Shown piece after piece: positions 20,043-29,618 of a DNA stretch of 64,000 nucleotides. Every line of letters starts with the position of its first letter. Position 1 is the stretch's first letter. This stretch comes from Ancalomicrobiaceae bacterium (GTDB taxonomy: Bacteria > Pseudomonadota > Alphaproteobacteria > Rhizobiales > Ancalomicrobiaceae), in contig JARLIT010000076.1 in the NCBI GenBank assembly GCA_031291575.1, forward strand, positions 410 to 64,409. Direction: 5' to 3'. A program made the position numbers and the translations under genes. The notes under the pieces are model-generated. The model saw only the letters and a list, made by a program, of their open reading frames with translations. It ran no database searches and had not been told where the DNA came from.

Positions 20043-20260
20043 GGTGGTCTCCTCGTCAACATCCGGCGCGGCGATCCCTGCGCCTGGGCATCCCAGTTCA
20101 GACGATCCCGTCCTTTGCCGGCATTATACCGAAGCCGGAAACGGGCCGCCGGAGCTCTCGCGAATGTGTCCGGCGAGCCCCCTCATACCTTCGGCTGATC
20201 CGAGGCAAGCCCTTGAGCAAAAACCCTAAGCCCGCCCGGTCCGCGCCGCCTTGATCTCCG

Positions 20261-21742
20261 TCATTTTGCGGATGACGGTTGCGGTGCCTTGAAGAAGTCC
20301 CGGTGTGTCGCCGTCTCCCCCGAAGCCTTCTCGCGGATGCGGAAAGCGATATCCGTCGAGGCCGAGCGCGTGGCATTGGCTGGTGCGAAGACGAGGGCAC
20401 GCACTTCGCGGGTCTGGTCGCCCTCGACGTCGAGCCCCACCTTGACCGGACCGTCCTTCGAGCTGCCGTCGATCTCCAGCTTGGCCCCTTCCGGCAGTCC
20501 CTCGACCGAGATATCGAAGTCGCGAGTCGTCGAAGCCTTGTTGATCAGCCGGATGGTGAAGCCGTTGCGGATGGAGCCGTTCGAATTCACCACATAGATC
20601 GGGTTGCGGTCATGCAGCACGTTGACGCCGAGCGTCGAGCGCGTCGACAGGCTGTAGATCATCAGCCCGCTGATGACGGCGATGATGGCGACATACAGCA
20701 CCGAACGCGGCCGGATCAGTTTCCAGATCGGCTCCAGTCCCTGTTCGCGGCGGGCGATGTTGATGTCCGTGTCATAGGCGATCAACCCGCGCGGGCGGTT
20801 GATCTTGTCCATCACGGTATCGCAGGCGTCGATGCACAGACCGCACTGGATGCAGGAGAGTTGCATCCCTAGACGAATGTCGGTGCCGGTCGGGCAGACG
20901 ACGACGCATTGCTTGCAGTCGACACAGTCGCCGGCGTGCTTGCCTTCGGCTCTGAGCTTGTCGTTGCTCTTCAACGAACCGCGCGGCTCGCCGCGGTCGA
21001 CCCGGTAGGAGACGTTCAGCGCCCATTCGTCGGTCAGCGCCGCCTGAATGCGCGGCCACGGGCACATGTAGATGCAGACCTGCTCGCGCATGAAACCTGC
21101 GAGCGAATAGGTCGTGAAGGTGAGGATGCCGATCCACAGATAGGCAACGACCGGCGCCTGCAAGAAGAACAGGTCTTTGACCAGGCTCGGTGCATCGGCA
21201 AAATACAGCACCCAAGCGCCACCGGTCCACCAGGCGATGACCAGCCAGGCAACATGTTTGGCGACCCGGCGCAAGATCTTGTTGGCGGTCCAGGGCTGCC
21301 GGTCGAGGATCATGCGCTCGCGCCGATCGCCCTCGATCTTGCGTTCGACGAGGAGAAACAGGTCGGTCCACACCGTCTGCGGGCACAGGTAGCCGCACCA
21401 GACGCGTCCGGCGACCGCATTCATCAGGAACAGCAGGATGGCCGAGAGGATCAGCAGGCCGGTGATGTAATAGACTTCCTGCGGCCAGATCTCGATCGAG
21501 AAGAAATAGAAGCGGCGGCCGGGGAAATCGATCAGCACCGCCTGGTTCGGCAGCCCCGCCCCACGATCCCAGCGCGCGAAGGGAAGAAGGTAATAGATGC
21601 CCAGACAGACGATCAGCAGCGCCCACTTGATCTTGCGAAAAAGACCGGAGACCGACTGCGGATAGATCTTTTCCTGCGCCTGGTAGAGTTGATCGCGACC
21701 CGACGAGGTAGGTTCCACGGTTTCCGTCTTGGCCGTCATCAT
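20261..21742 (-). CDS. fixG: FixG/CcoG polyferredoxin membrane protein
   Basis: CVDCKQCVVVCP and CIQCGLCIDAC 4Fe-4S motifs. GGAG plus 5 nt precedes ATG 21742 (MMTAKTE). The track ORF is over-extended to 21874. Confidence 0.9.
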   Translation of the reverse strand: MMTAKTETVEPTSSGRDQLYQAQEKIYPQSVSGLFRKIKWALLIVCLGIYYLLPFARWDRGAGLPNQAVLIDFPGRRFYFFSIEIWPQEVYYITGLLILSAILLFLMNAVAGRVWCGYLCPQTVWTDLFLLVERKIEGDRRERMILDRQPWTANKILRRVAKHVAWLVIAWWTGGAWVLYFADAPSLVKDLFFLQAPVVAYLWIGILTFTTYSLAGFMREQVCIYMCPWPRIQAALTDEWALNVSYRVDRGEPRGSLKSNDKLRAEGKHAGDCVDCKQCVVVCPTGTDIRLGMQLSCIQCGLCIDACDTVMDKINRPRGLIAYDTDINIARREQGLEPIWKLIRPRSVLYVAIIAVISGLMIYSLSTRSTLGVNVLHDRNPIYVVNSNGSIRNGFTIRLINKASTTRDFDISVEGLPEGAKLEIDGSSKDGPVKVGLDVEGDQTREVRALVFAPANATRSASTDIAFRIREKASGETATHRDFFKAPQPSSAK

Positions 21743-21820
21743 GGATACTCCGATGAAGATCGTTCTATGGGTTCGGGCGCGGCCTATCGCGCCCGAGTAG
21801 CAGGATGCCGCATCCCCGCC

Positions 21821-21834
21821 TTGACTGAGGTCAA
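21821..21834. promoter_or_regulatory. FixK/FNR-type box TTGACTGAGGTCAA
   Basis: Perfect TTGA-N6-TCAA, centred about 85 nt upstream of the fixG ATG. It also faces the divergent ABC operon. Confidence 0.75.
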
Positions 21835-22086
21835 GGCTACGACGAACGGACAAGACCACGCCAGACGCGCCCAAACCGGCAGGCTATGGCTGTTTCGAGC
21901 CGTTTTCGCGGCCACGGAGCGGTGCTCAGACCGGTTTGGCCGGCCGAGCCTTCCGGTGCAAGCCCTATTTTTCCCTGAACCTGCATGGTAACACTGCGTA
22001 AGTGACATGGCGGATTTTTCTTCAACGACGCCGCAAGGTCGCAACAAGATCACGAGGCGCATGCATTTCGGGAGGATGCGCGCGGG

Positions 22087-22923
22087 ATGGCAGCAGTTTT
22101 GCCTTTCAGGCCGGCAGTGGCGCGCGAGACGACAGCGGTCGCGCTGAACGAGGTGTCGATCGAGTTCCGCGCGCGTGGACGTCCGCCGTTCAAGGCGCTG
22201 GCGCCGACGACGCTGACGGTCGCCGACAATGCCTTCGTCGCCATCGTCGGGCCGACGGGCTCGGGCAAGTCGACCATCCTCAACGCCGTTGCCGGGCTGA
22301 TCAAGTCCGCCTCCGGCTCGATCCAGATCTTCGGCCAACCGCTCGACGGCATCAATCGCGAGGCCGGCTACCTGTTTCAGCAGGACGCGGTGATGCCGTG
22401 GAAGACGGCGCTCGACAACGTCGCGCTGTCGCTGCAGGTGGCGGGCGTCGACCGCGAGGATGCGCTCGGCGAGGCACGGACGTGGCTGACGAAGGTTGGA
22501 CTCGGCCGTTTCCTCGACCGCTTCCCGCACGAACTCTCCGGCGGCCAAAGAAAGCGCGTCGGTCTGGCGCAGGTGCTGATCCGTCACCCGAAGATCCTGT
22601 TGATGGATGAGCCGTTCGGGCCACTGGATGCGCAGACGCGGCAGATCATGGGCAACTTGCTGCTCGACCTGTGGGCCGCCGATCGCAAGGCCGTCCTCTT
22701 CGTCACCCACGACCTCGAGGAAGCGATCGCGCTGTCCGACCGGGTGCTGATCCTGTCTGCCGGACCGGAGGCACGCCTCATCGGCGACCACCGCATCGAC
22801 CTTGCCCGGCCGCGCGATGCCGCCGACATCCGCACCGACCCACGCTTCCACGAGATCCATCGCGCCATCTGGAGCCAGTTGAAGGCGGAAGTCGCCAAGA
22901 CCTACGGAGCGGGCGAAGGATGA
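22087..22923 (+). CDS. ABC transporter ATP-binding protein (NitT/TauT family)
   Basis: Walker A GPTGSGKST, signature LSGGQRKR, Walker B LLMDEPF. Confidence 0.85.
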   Translation: MAAVLPFRPAVARETTAVALNEVSIEFRARGRPPFKALAPTTLTVADNAFVAIVGPTGSGKSTILNAVAGLIKSASGSIQIFGQPLDGINREAGYLFQQDAVMPWKTALDNVALSLQVAGVDREDALGEARTWLTKVGLGRFLDRFPHELSGGQRKRVGLAQVLIRHPKILLMDEPFGPLDAQTRQIMGNLLLDLWAADRKAVLFVTHDLEEAIALSDRVLILSAGPEARLIGDHRIDLARPRDAADIRTDPRFHEIHRAIWSQLKAEVAKTYGAGEG

Positions 22924-23708
22924 CGCGGCTGAAGCTTGTTGCCCTGCAGATCGCCGTCGGTCTGGCGCTCGTCGCCCTCTGGCACGTCGGCTCGACGGTG
23001 CCGATATTCGGACGCACGCTGTTGCCGCCGTTCTTCTTCTCCACCCCGGCGGATGTGGCGATGCGGGTCGCGCAGATGGTCGCCGCCGGCAAGATCTGGC
23101 CGCACATCGGCATCACGCTCTTGGAGACCGCGCTGTCGTTTGCCATCGGGGCGATCGGGGGCATCGCCTTCGGCTTCGGTTTCGCCCTACTCCCGACTGC
23201 GGCCGCGGTATTCGAGCCCTACATCAAGATGGCCAACTCGCTGCCGCGCGTCGTGCTGGCGCCGATCTTCATGCTGTGGCTGGGGCTCGGCATCTGGTCG
23301 AAGGTGGCGCTCGGCGTGTCGCTGGTGTTCTTCATCGTGTTCTTCAACGTCTATCGCGGCATCCAGGAGGTCTCCCCGGTCATCCTGGCGAACGCCCGAT
23401 TGATGGGGCTGAACGAGTTCCAGCTGTTCCGCCACGTCTACTGGCCGTCAGCGCTGTCCTGGATGTTCTCCTCCCTGCACACGTCCGTCGGCTTTGCCCT
23501 CGTCGGCGCGGTCGTCGGCGAATATCTGGGGGCGTCCGCCGGCCTCGGCTATCTCATCCATGAGGCCGAGGGCGTGTTCGATACCACCGGCGTCTTCGCC
23601 GGCATGGCGGTGCTCGCCTTCTTCGTCCTCGCCATCGACTTTGTCGTGACTGCGCTGGAACGCCGGATGCTGCACTGGCAGCCGGGGCGGGAGGACGCCC
23701 GCACCTGA
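22920..23708 (+). CDS. ABC transporter permease (NitT/TauT family)
   Basis: ATGA overlap with the ATPase stop. The sequence begins MTRLKLVALQIAVGLALVALW and is polytopic. The track ORF 22671.. is over-extended. Confidence 0.85.
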   Translation: MTRLKLVALQIAVGLALVALWHVGSTVPIFGRTLLPPFFFSTPADVAMRVAQMVAAGKIWPHIGITLLETALSFAIGAIGGIAFGFGFALLPTAAAVFEPYIKMANSLPRVVLAPIFMLWLGLGIWSKVALGVSLVFFIVFFNVYRGIQEVSPVILANARLMGLNEFQLFRHVYWPSALSWMFSSLHTSVGFALVGAVVGEYLGASAGLGYLIHEAEGVFDTTGVFAGMAVLAFFVLAIDFVVTALERRMLHWQPGREDART

Positions 23709-23813
23709 CCGGAGGCCGATTCCGCTTTAAGCAACGCCGATCCAGCCACCGATACCCAAGAGCGGGGATCCGGCCCGATGGCCGGACACCCGCCGACAAG
23801 AGGAAGGAAACCG

Positions 23814-24839
23814 ATGCATCGCTTCGCCGCCGCCGCGCTTGCCGGCATTCTCGCCCTCCTGCCGTTCGCGGCGCAGGCCGCGGCCGAAACGCCGGAAAAG
23901 CCCCGGATCGAGCTCGGGGTCGGTGGCAAGCCGCTCCTCTATTACCTGCCGCTGACGATTGCCGAGCGTAAGGGCTTCTTCAAGGAGGAAGGGCTCGACG
24001 TCACCATCAACGACTTCGGCGGCGGCGCCAAGTCGCTGCAGGCGCTGATCGGCGGTTCGGTCGATGCGGTAACGGGCGCCTATGAGCACACCATCCGCAT
24101 GCAGCAGAAGGGGCAGGCGATCACCGCGGTGCTCGAACTCGGCCGCTTCCCGGGCATCGTCGTCGCCGTCGCGGCGGCGAACGCCGGCAGCGTCAAGACA
24201 ATCAAGGATCTCAAAGGCCTGAAGATCGGCATCACCGCGCCGGGGTCCTCGACGCATCTGACGGCGCTTTACCTCCTCACCAAGGCCGGCGTCGAACCTG
24301 ACAGCGTCGCCTTCGTCGGTGTCGGCGGCGGAGCCTCCGCGGTGGCGGCCATCGAGAACGGGCAGGTCGACGCGATCGCGCACCTCGATCCGGTCATCTC
24401 CAAGCTCGAGGCCGACAAGGCGGTGACGATTCTCGTCGATACCCGCACCGAGGCCGGTACGATAGCGGTCTATGGCGCAACCAATCCGGCAGCGACGCTC
24501 TACCTCAAGGACGATTTCATCAAGGCCAACCCGAAGACGACGCAAGCGCTGACCAACGCGCTGATGAAGTCGCTGAAGTGGCTAGCCAAGGCGGCGCCCG
24601 AAGACATCGCCGCCACCGTGCCGGAAGAATACTGGCTCGGCGACAAGGCGCTCTACATCCAGGCGCTGAAGGCGTCGATGCCGACCTATTCGGTGACAGG
24701 CATCGTCTCGGAGGCCGGCGAGAAGAGCATGCTCGACTTCCTCAAGGTGGTCGATCCGATATTCAAGTCGGCGACGATCGACCTGTCGAAGACCTTCGAT
24801 GCGACGTTTGCGAAACGCGCCGCTGAGACGCTGAAGTAG
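23814..24839 (+). CDS. ABC substrate-binding protein, NMT1/THI5 (SsuA/TauA)-like
   Basis: SD GAGGAAGGA precedes ATG 23814. There is a signal peptide (MHRFAAAALAGILALLPFAAQAAAE). Confidence 0.8.
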   Translation: MHRFAAAALAGILALLPFAAQAAAETPEKPRIELGVGGKPLLYYLPLTIAERKGFFKEEGLDVTINDFGGGAKSLQALIGGSVDAVTGAYEHTIRMQQKGQAITAVLELGRFPGIVVAVAAANAGSVKTIKDLKGLKIGITAPGSSTHLTALYLLTKAGVEPDSVAFVGVGGGASAVAAIENGQVDAIAHLDPVISKLEADKAVTILVDTRTEAGTIAVYGATNPAATLYLKDDFIKANPKTTQALTNALMKSLKWLAKAAPEDIAATVPEEYWLGDKALYIQALKASMPTYSVTGIVSEAGEKSMLDFLKVVDPIFKSATIDLSKTFDATFAKRAAETLK

Positions 24840-24927
24840 GGCTGCCCGGCGCCGTGGGCGGATGGACTTGTGCTCAGAGGGGACTAGACAGGGGGACCCG
24901 TCCCCCCAACCCGACACCTGAGCCAGC

Positions 24928-25419
24928 ATGACCGTCCGCCCGATCGTCCTCTATCCCGACCCCAGACTGTCGCAGATCGCCGAGCCGGTGACGTTCTTCG
25001 ACGCCTCGCTCGCCGGACTGGCGCAGGATCTTCTCGACACGTTGCGCGACGCCTCCGGTATCGGCATTGCCGGACCGCACATCGGCGTCCTCGCCCGCGT
25101 GTTCGTGGTGCAAATCGCGCACGATCAACCGGTGTGGACCTGCGTCAACCCGGTCGTGGTCAGCGCCAGTGCCGACAGCGTGCGACACCTGGAAGGCAGC
25201 ATTTCGCTGCCCGGCGCGGCAGAGCAGGTCGAACGCCCAACGACCGTGACGGTCGCCTACCAGGATCTTGAAGGGGAGCGGCATGAGGTCGAAGCTACCG
25301 GCTTCCTCGGGGTGTGTTTCCAGCACGAGATCGACCAGCTCGATGGGCTGTTCTGGCTGAAGCGGCTATCGCGGCTGAAGCGCGACCGGTTGTTGAAGCG
25401 GCATGCGAAGCAGCACTGA
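24928..25419 (+). CDS. Peptide deformylase-like protein with degenerate active-site motifs
   Basis: The PDF fold is recognisable, but motif 1 is GIGIAGPH (canonical GxGxAAxQ), motif 2 is EGSIS (canonical EGCLS) and motif 3 is QHEIDQ (canonical QHExDH). Confidence 0.75.
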   Translation: MTVRPIVLYPDPRLSQIAEPVTFFDASLAGLAQDLLDTLRDASGIGIAGPHIGVLARVFVVQIAHDQPVWTCVNPVVVSASADSVRHLEGSISLPGAAEQVERPTTVTVAYQDLEGERHEVEATGFLGVCFQHEIDQLDGLFWLKRLSRLKRDRLLKRHAKQH

Positions 25420-25507
25420 ATGCTGATCCTGGTCGGATGCCCGCCAAACGCCGAACGGCGGAGCTTTCGCCCCGCCGCTCGCAGTCTTGGGAGTGGTCCG
25501 TTCGCGG

Positions 25508-26374
25508 TTACTTGCCGCCACCCAAATCGTGGACGTAGATCGCCAGCGACTTGATGGTGATGTCGTCGAGCTTGCCTTCCCACGTCGGCATGACGCCGTG
25601 ACGCGGGTTGGTCACCTGGGCGACGATGGCTTCCTTGGTGCCGGAATAGAGCCAGATCTTGTCGGTCAAGTTCGGGGCACCCACGTCCTGGTTGCCCTTG
25701 GCGTCGTCGCCGTGGCAGGCGACGCAGTTGTCGGCGAAGATCTTCTTGCCGTTGGCGATGCCGGCGCCCTTGTAGTCGGGGTTCGACAGCGAGAACACGA
25801 AGTCCGCGACATCGTTGATCTCTTCCTTCTTCAGGATGCCATCCTTGCCGAAGGCCGACATCTGGCTCTGCCGGGTCTGGTCAGAGGTGGAGCGGACGCC
25901 GTAGCGGATCGTCGTGAAGATATCGTCGATCTTGCCGCCCCACAGCCAATCGTCGTCCTGCAGGTTCGGATAGCCGGGCGAACCGGTGGCGCCGGTGCCG
26001 TGGCAGGGCGCGCAATTGTTGGCGAACGCCGCCCTGCCGTTGGCGAGTGCGAACTGCAGGAGCGCCGGATTGGCGCGGATCTGGTCGAAGGACGCTGTGG
26101 CGATCGCCTTGGCGGAAGCCTCGCGCGCCGTCTTCAGGGCCTCGACATCGGCCAGCGCCTCGTTCCGGTTGGAGTGGCCAAGGATGCCGGCGGTATAGCC
26201 GGTGATCCCGGGCCAGGCCGGATAGAGGATGAAATAGCCGAACGACCAGACGATACAGGCGTAGAAGATGTAGACCCACCACCGCGGCAGGGGGTGGTTC
26301 AGTTCCTTCAGGCCGTCCCACTCATGGCCGGTAGTCTCAATGCCGGAGTGCTGATCAATTTCTTTCTTAGCCAT
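25508..26374 (-). CDS. fixP: cbb3-type cytochrome c oxidase subunit III (dihaem c)
   Basis: Two CxxCH motifs (CAPCH, CVACH). SD GGGAGGA precedes ATG 26374 (MAKKEIDQHSG). The track ORF is over-extended. Confidence 0.9.
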   Translation of the reverse strand: MAKKEIDQHSGIETTGHEWDGLKELNHPLPRWWVYIFYACIVWSFGYFILYPAWPGITGYTAGILGHSNRNEALADVEALKTAREASAKAIATASFDQIRANPALLQFALANGRAAFANNCAPCHGTGATGSPGYPNLQDDDWLWGGKIDDIFTTIRYGVRSTSDQTRQSQMSAFGKDGILKKEEINDVADFVFSLSNPDYKGAGIANGKKIFADNCVACHGDDAKGNQDVGAPNLTDKIWLYSGTKEAIVAQVTNPRHGVMPTWEGKLDDITIKSLAIYVHDLGGGK

Positions 26375-26378
26375 GGGA

Positions 26379-26531
26379 TCAATCCTCCCTGAGGGGGATT
26401 TGGGCCGCATCGTCGAACCTGCGGCCATTGCGCGGCCAGAGGACGTAGGCGAGGACGGCGAGGAACAGGAAGACGAAGTAGATGAGTCCCCATGTCTGGG
26501 CGAACTCGGACACCGACTGATAGGTTTCCAT
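26379..26531 (-). CDS. fixQ: cbb3 oxidase small subunit FixQ/CcoQ (50 aa)
   Basis: Not in the ORF track (under 60 aa). My translation is METYQSVSEFAQTWGLIYFVFLFLAVLAYVLWPRNGRRFDDAAQIPLRED. It lies between fixO and fixP. Confidence 0.85.
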   Translation of the reverse strand: METYQSVSEFAQTWGLIYFVFLFLAVLAYVLWPRNGRRFDDAAQIPLRED

Positions 26532-26543
26532 GGTGTCCTCCGA

Positions 26544-27275
26544 TCAGCGGGCGTTGGCTTTGTCGTCGTAGATCTTGAAATCCACGAGCGTGCCGAGCAT
26601 CTGCAGGTAGGCGATGAGCGCGGTCAGCTCCGTCACCTTGCCGTCACCGGAGAAATCGCGCGCGACCGCCTTCGGATAGCGGGCGGCGAACGCCTTGGCC
26701 TCCTTGTCGTCCGGATTGACCTGAGCAGCGACGTCGGCATCGACGTTGGCAATCTGCTCGTCGGTGTAGGGCACGCCGACGAACCGATTGGTCTTGACCA
26801 CATCGGCCAGATGGCGCGTGTCGAGTTCCGTCGTCGCCAGGAAGGGGTAGCCCGGCATGATGGAATCCGGCACCACCGCGCGCGGATTGGCGAGGTGTTC
26901 GCGGTGCCACTGGTCCGAATACTTGGTGCCGACGCGGGCGAGATCCGGGCCGGTGCGCTTCGATCCCCACTGGAAGGGATGGTCGTACATCGACTCCGCC
27001 GCGAGGCTAAAATGGCCGTAGCGTTCGATCTCGTCACGCAGCGGACGGATCATCTGGCTGTGGCAATTGTAGCAACCTTCGCGGATGTAGATGTTGCGGC
27101 CGGCAAGCTCGAGCGGGGTGTAGGGCCTGACGCCCTCCACCTTTTCGATGGTTGACTTCAGGTAGAAGAGCGGAACGATCTCGACGAGACCGCCGATCGC
27201 CACCACGATGATGATCGCGATCACCAACAGGATCGAGTTCTTCTCGAGGACGACGTGTTTTTCCATTATGGACAT
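26544..27275 (-). CDS. fixO: cbb3-type cytochrome c oxidase subunit II (monohaem)
   Basis: CYNCH haem motif, N-terminal TM segment, SD GGGAGGA. Confidence 0.9.
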   Translation of the reverse strand: MSIMEKHVVLEKNSILLVIAIIIVVAIGGLVEIVPLFYLKSTIEKVEGVRPYTPLELAGRNIYIREGCYNCHSQMIRPLRDEIERYGHFSLAAESMYDHPFQWGSKRTGPDLARVGTKYSDQWHREHLANPRAVVPDSIMPGYPFLATTELDTRHLADVVKTNRFVGVPYTDEQIANVDADVAAQVNPDDKEAKAFAARYPKAVARDFSGDGKVTELTALIAYLQMLGTLVDFKIYDDKANAR

Positions 27276-27288
27276 GGTCAGTCCTCCC

Positions 27289-28944
27289 TCACTCGGCTGC
27301 CGCCAGCGTGCCAGCGCTCGCCGGGACAGTGTCCTCGCGTTCGCCGTAACGGATGGTCATGTAGACGTTGTAGGCCATGATCAGCGTACCAGCGAGGAAC
27401 AGGCCGCCGCCAAGGGCACGGATGATGTAGAGCGTGTGCTTGGCCGCGACCGTCTCGATGAAGGAGTATTCGAGGAAGCCGAGCTTGTCGTAGGCACGCC
27501 ACATCAGGCCTTCCATGATGCCCGACACCCACATGGCGCAGATGTAGAAGACGATACCGATGGTGGCGAGCCAGAAGTGCCAGCTGACGAGCTTCAGCGA
27601 GTAGAGGCTCTTGCGGTTCCACAGCCAGGGCACCAGGCAGTAGATCGCGCCGAAGGAGACGAAGCCGACCCAGCCGAGCACACCGGAATGCACGTGGCCG
27701 ATGGTCCAGTCCGTGTAGTGGGAGAGGCTGTTGACGGCCTTCACCGACATCAGCGGGCCTTCGAAGGTCGACATGCCGTAGAAGGCAACCGAGACGACCA
27801 GCATGCGCAGAACGGGGTCGGTCCTGAGCTTGTCCCAAGCGCCCGACAGCGTCATCAGGCCGTTGATCATGCCGCCCCAGGACGGCATCCACAACATGAT
27901 CGAGAACGTGGCGCCGAGCGTCGAGGCCCATTCCGGCAGAGCCGTGTAGTGCAGATGATGCGGGCCGGCCCAGATGTAGAGGAAGATCAGGGCCCAGAAG
28001 TGCACGATCGACAGGCGATAGCTGTAGACCGGCCGTTCGGCGCGCTTTGGCACGAAATAGTACATGATGGCGAGGAAGCCGGCGGTCAGGAAGAAGCCGA
28101 CCGCATTGTGGCCGTACCACCACTGCACCATCGCATCCTGCACGCCGGAGAAGACCTGCACCGACTTCGACGAGAAGACCGAGATCGGCACGGACTCATT
28201 GTTGCCGAGGTGAAGCACGGCGATGGTGAGGATGAAGGCCAGATAGAACCAGTTGGCCACGTAGATGTGGGGTTCCTTGCGCCGCCAGATGGTGGCGAGG
28301 AAGGCGAGAAGGTAGACGACCCAGACGATGGTCAGCCAAAGGTCGGCGTACCATTCCGGCTCGGCATATTCCTTGCCCTGCGTGACGCCGAAGAGGTAGC
28401 CGGTTCCGGCGATGACGATGAAGGCGTTGTAGCCCAGCACGATGAACCAGGGCGTCACGATGCCCGGCATGCGCGCCTGGCAGGTGCGCTGCACCACGTA
28501 GAACGACGTCGCCAGCAGCACGTTGCCGCCGAAGGCGAAGATGGCCGCCGAGGTATGCAGCGGGCGAAGCCGCCCGAAATTCGTCCAAGGCAGGTCGAAG
28601 TTCAAAGCCGGAAAGGCGAGCTGCAGGGCGATAGTCAAGCCGACCGTGAAGGCGGCAATGCCCCAGAAGATCGCCGCGATGGTGGCGAACTTGACGGGGC
28701 CGAAGTTGTAGTTCGGCCTGCCGTCGATCTCGAGCGGCTGGAACGCCGTCCGCTTCAACGCGGCACTGACGATCAGGAAGATACCGAGCGCCGCGAAAGC
28801 GACGCCGATGCCGGCGTGGAAGGCCATTTGCCAGTCCCACGCCTTGCCGGCGATGAGTAGGCAGACGACGACGAGTAGCCCGAGGAACAGCGCATAGCCT
28901 GTCTCCTCGAAGCTGAGTGTGCTTGCCGCGGCTGGTCGAGCCAT
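27289..28944 (-). CDS. fixN: cbb3-type cytochrome c oxidase catalytic subunit I
   Basis: Polytopic haem-copper oxidase sequence. The track start at 28968 is a TTG. ATG 28944 ([14 protein letters not shown]) is more likely. Confidence 0.9.
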   Translation of the reverse strand: MARPAAASTLSFEETGYALFLGLLVVVCLLIAGKAWDWQMAFHAGIGVAFAALGIFLIVSAALKRTAFQPLEIDGRPNYNFGPVKFATIAAIFWGIAAFTVGLTIALQLAFPALNFDLPWTNFGRLRPLHTSAAIFAFGGNVLLATSFYVVQRTCQARMPGIVTPWFIVLGYNAFIVIAGTGYLFGVTQGKEYAEPEWYADLWLTIVWVVYLLAFLATIWRRKEPHIYVANWFYLAFILTIAVLHLGNNESVPISVFSSKSVQVFSGVQDAMVQWWYGHNAVGFFLTAGFLAIMYYFVPKRAERPVYSYRLSIVHFWALIFLYIWAGPHHLHYTALPEWASTLGATFSIMLWMPSWGGMINGLMTLSGAWDKLRTDPVLRMLVVSVAFYGMSTFEGPLMSVKAVNSLSHYTDWTIGHVHSGVLGWVGFVSFGAIYCLVPWLWNRKSLYSLKLVSWHFWLATIGIVFYICAMWVSGIMEGLMWRAYDKLGFLEYSFIETVAAKHTLYIIRALGGGLFLAGTLIMAYNVYMTIRYGEREDTVPASAGTLAAAE

Positions 28945-29073
28945 TGTTCGCCCCGTTCTCTTGAGCAATGGTTCTTAAGAGACAGGACTTGAAACGGCGC
29001 CAACCGGCGCGTTTCGGCCCCCCTCCCGTAAGACCCCAATGCGATTGATTAGACGGGCCAGCTCACTCGAACT

Positions 29074-29087
29074 TTGATCAAAGTCAA
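29074..29087. promoter_or_regulatory. FixK/FNR-type box TTGATCAAAGTCAA upstream of fixN
   Basis: Perfect TTGA-N6-TCAA, centred about 135 nt upstream of ATG 28944. Confidence 0.8.
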
Positions 29088-29090
29088 CGC

Positions 29091-29124
29091 GGATCCGTTC
29101 CTCGACGGATCCTCTTCGTGTTTT
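29091..29124 (+). terminator. Orphan terminator-like hairpin (GGATCCGT-TCCTCG-ACGGATCC followed by TCTTCGTGTTTT)
   Basis: Perfect 8-bp stem with a T-rich tail on the plus strand only. No plus-strand gene lies upstream of it. Confidence 0.35.
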
Positions 29125-29569
29125 CCCGCAGTGTGTCGGCCTTACCACCACCACCTTTGCACGAAATGATATGGCGACCCCGGAGCTGCCGACCCGGCCG
29201 GTCGCGGCCCCGTCAGAATTGATCAAGGCGTTAAAGGGCTTGCACGATTCGGCGCGAGCCGGGTTCGCTGCTACGGTCGTCCGCCTGCCGTCGCGCAAGC
29301 GCCGTCGGCGTCGCCAGAGAGGCCGGAATGCCGCGTCATTCTTTCGTCGATGAGGGGAACCCCGGCGCCGATTCCACCGCCGCAACGGCCCGTCATCCAC
29401 AGGCCGTTCCGTCTCGCGGCTACAGCGGATGCACCATCACCACGCTCGTGACCTGACCGGCCGCCGCCCCGAGACAATCGTCGTAGCGGCCCGACGTCGC
29501 TCGGCCAATCCACAAGACAACGTCCTGACTTTTCTAGTGCAACGCACGATTCGTCTGGATTTTGCCGGT

Positions 29570-29583
29570 TTGACGGCGATCAA
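29570..29583. promoter_or_regulatory. FixK/FNR-type box TTGACGGCGATCAA upstream of hemN
   Basis: Perfect TTGA-N6-TCAA. Its centre is about 42 nt upstream of the hemN ATG at 29619. Confidence 0.75.
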
Positions 29584-29618
29584 TGCGAAACGATTGGGCA
29601 TTGGCCCTTGATATCGGC

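Noticed and set aside
20251-20264. Near FixK box TTGATCTCCGTCAT in the fixG-fixH junction.
   Set aside because: One half-site is imperfect (TCAT), and the TCA is the fixG stop codon. fixH is most simply co-transcribed with fixG.
29171-29353. 60-aa ORF in the fixN-hemN spacer.
   Set aside because: It has no SD, and the C-terminal half is poly-Arg (SRKRRRRRQRGR). It is not protein-like.
29583-29618. Upstream ATG 29583 as the hemN start (the ORF-track start).
   Set aside because: The ATG is part of the TCAA half-site of the FixK box, so it would lie upstream of any FixK-dependent TSS. The added residues (MRNDWALALDIG) are not part of the conserved HemN N-terminus.
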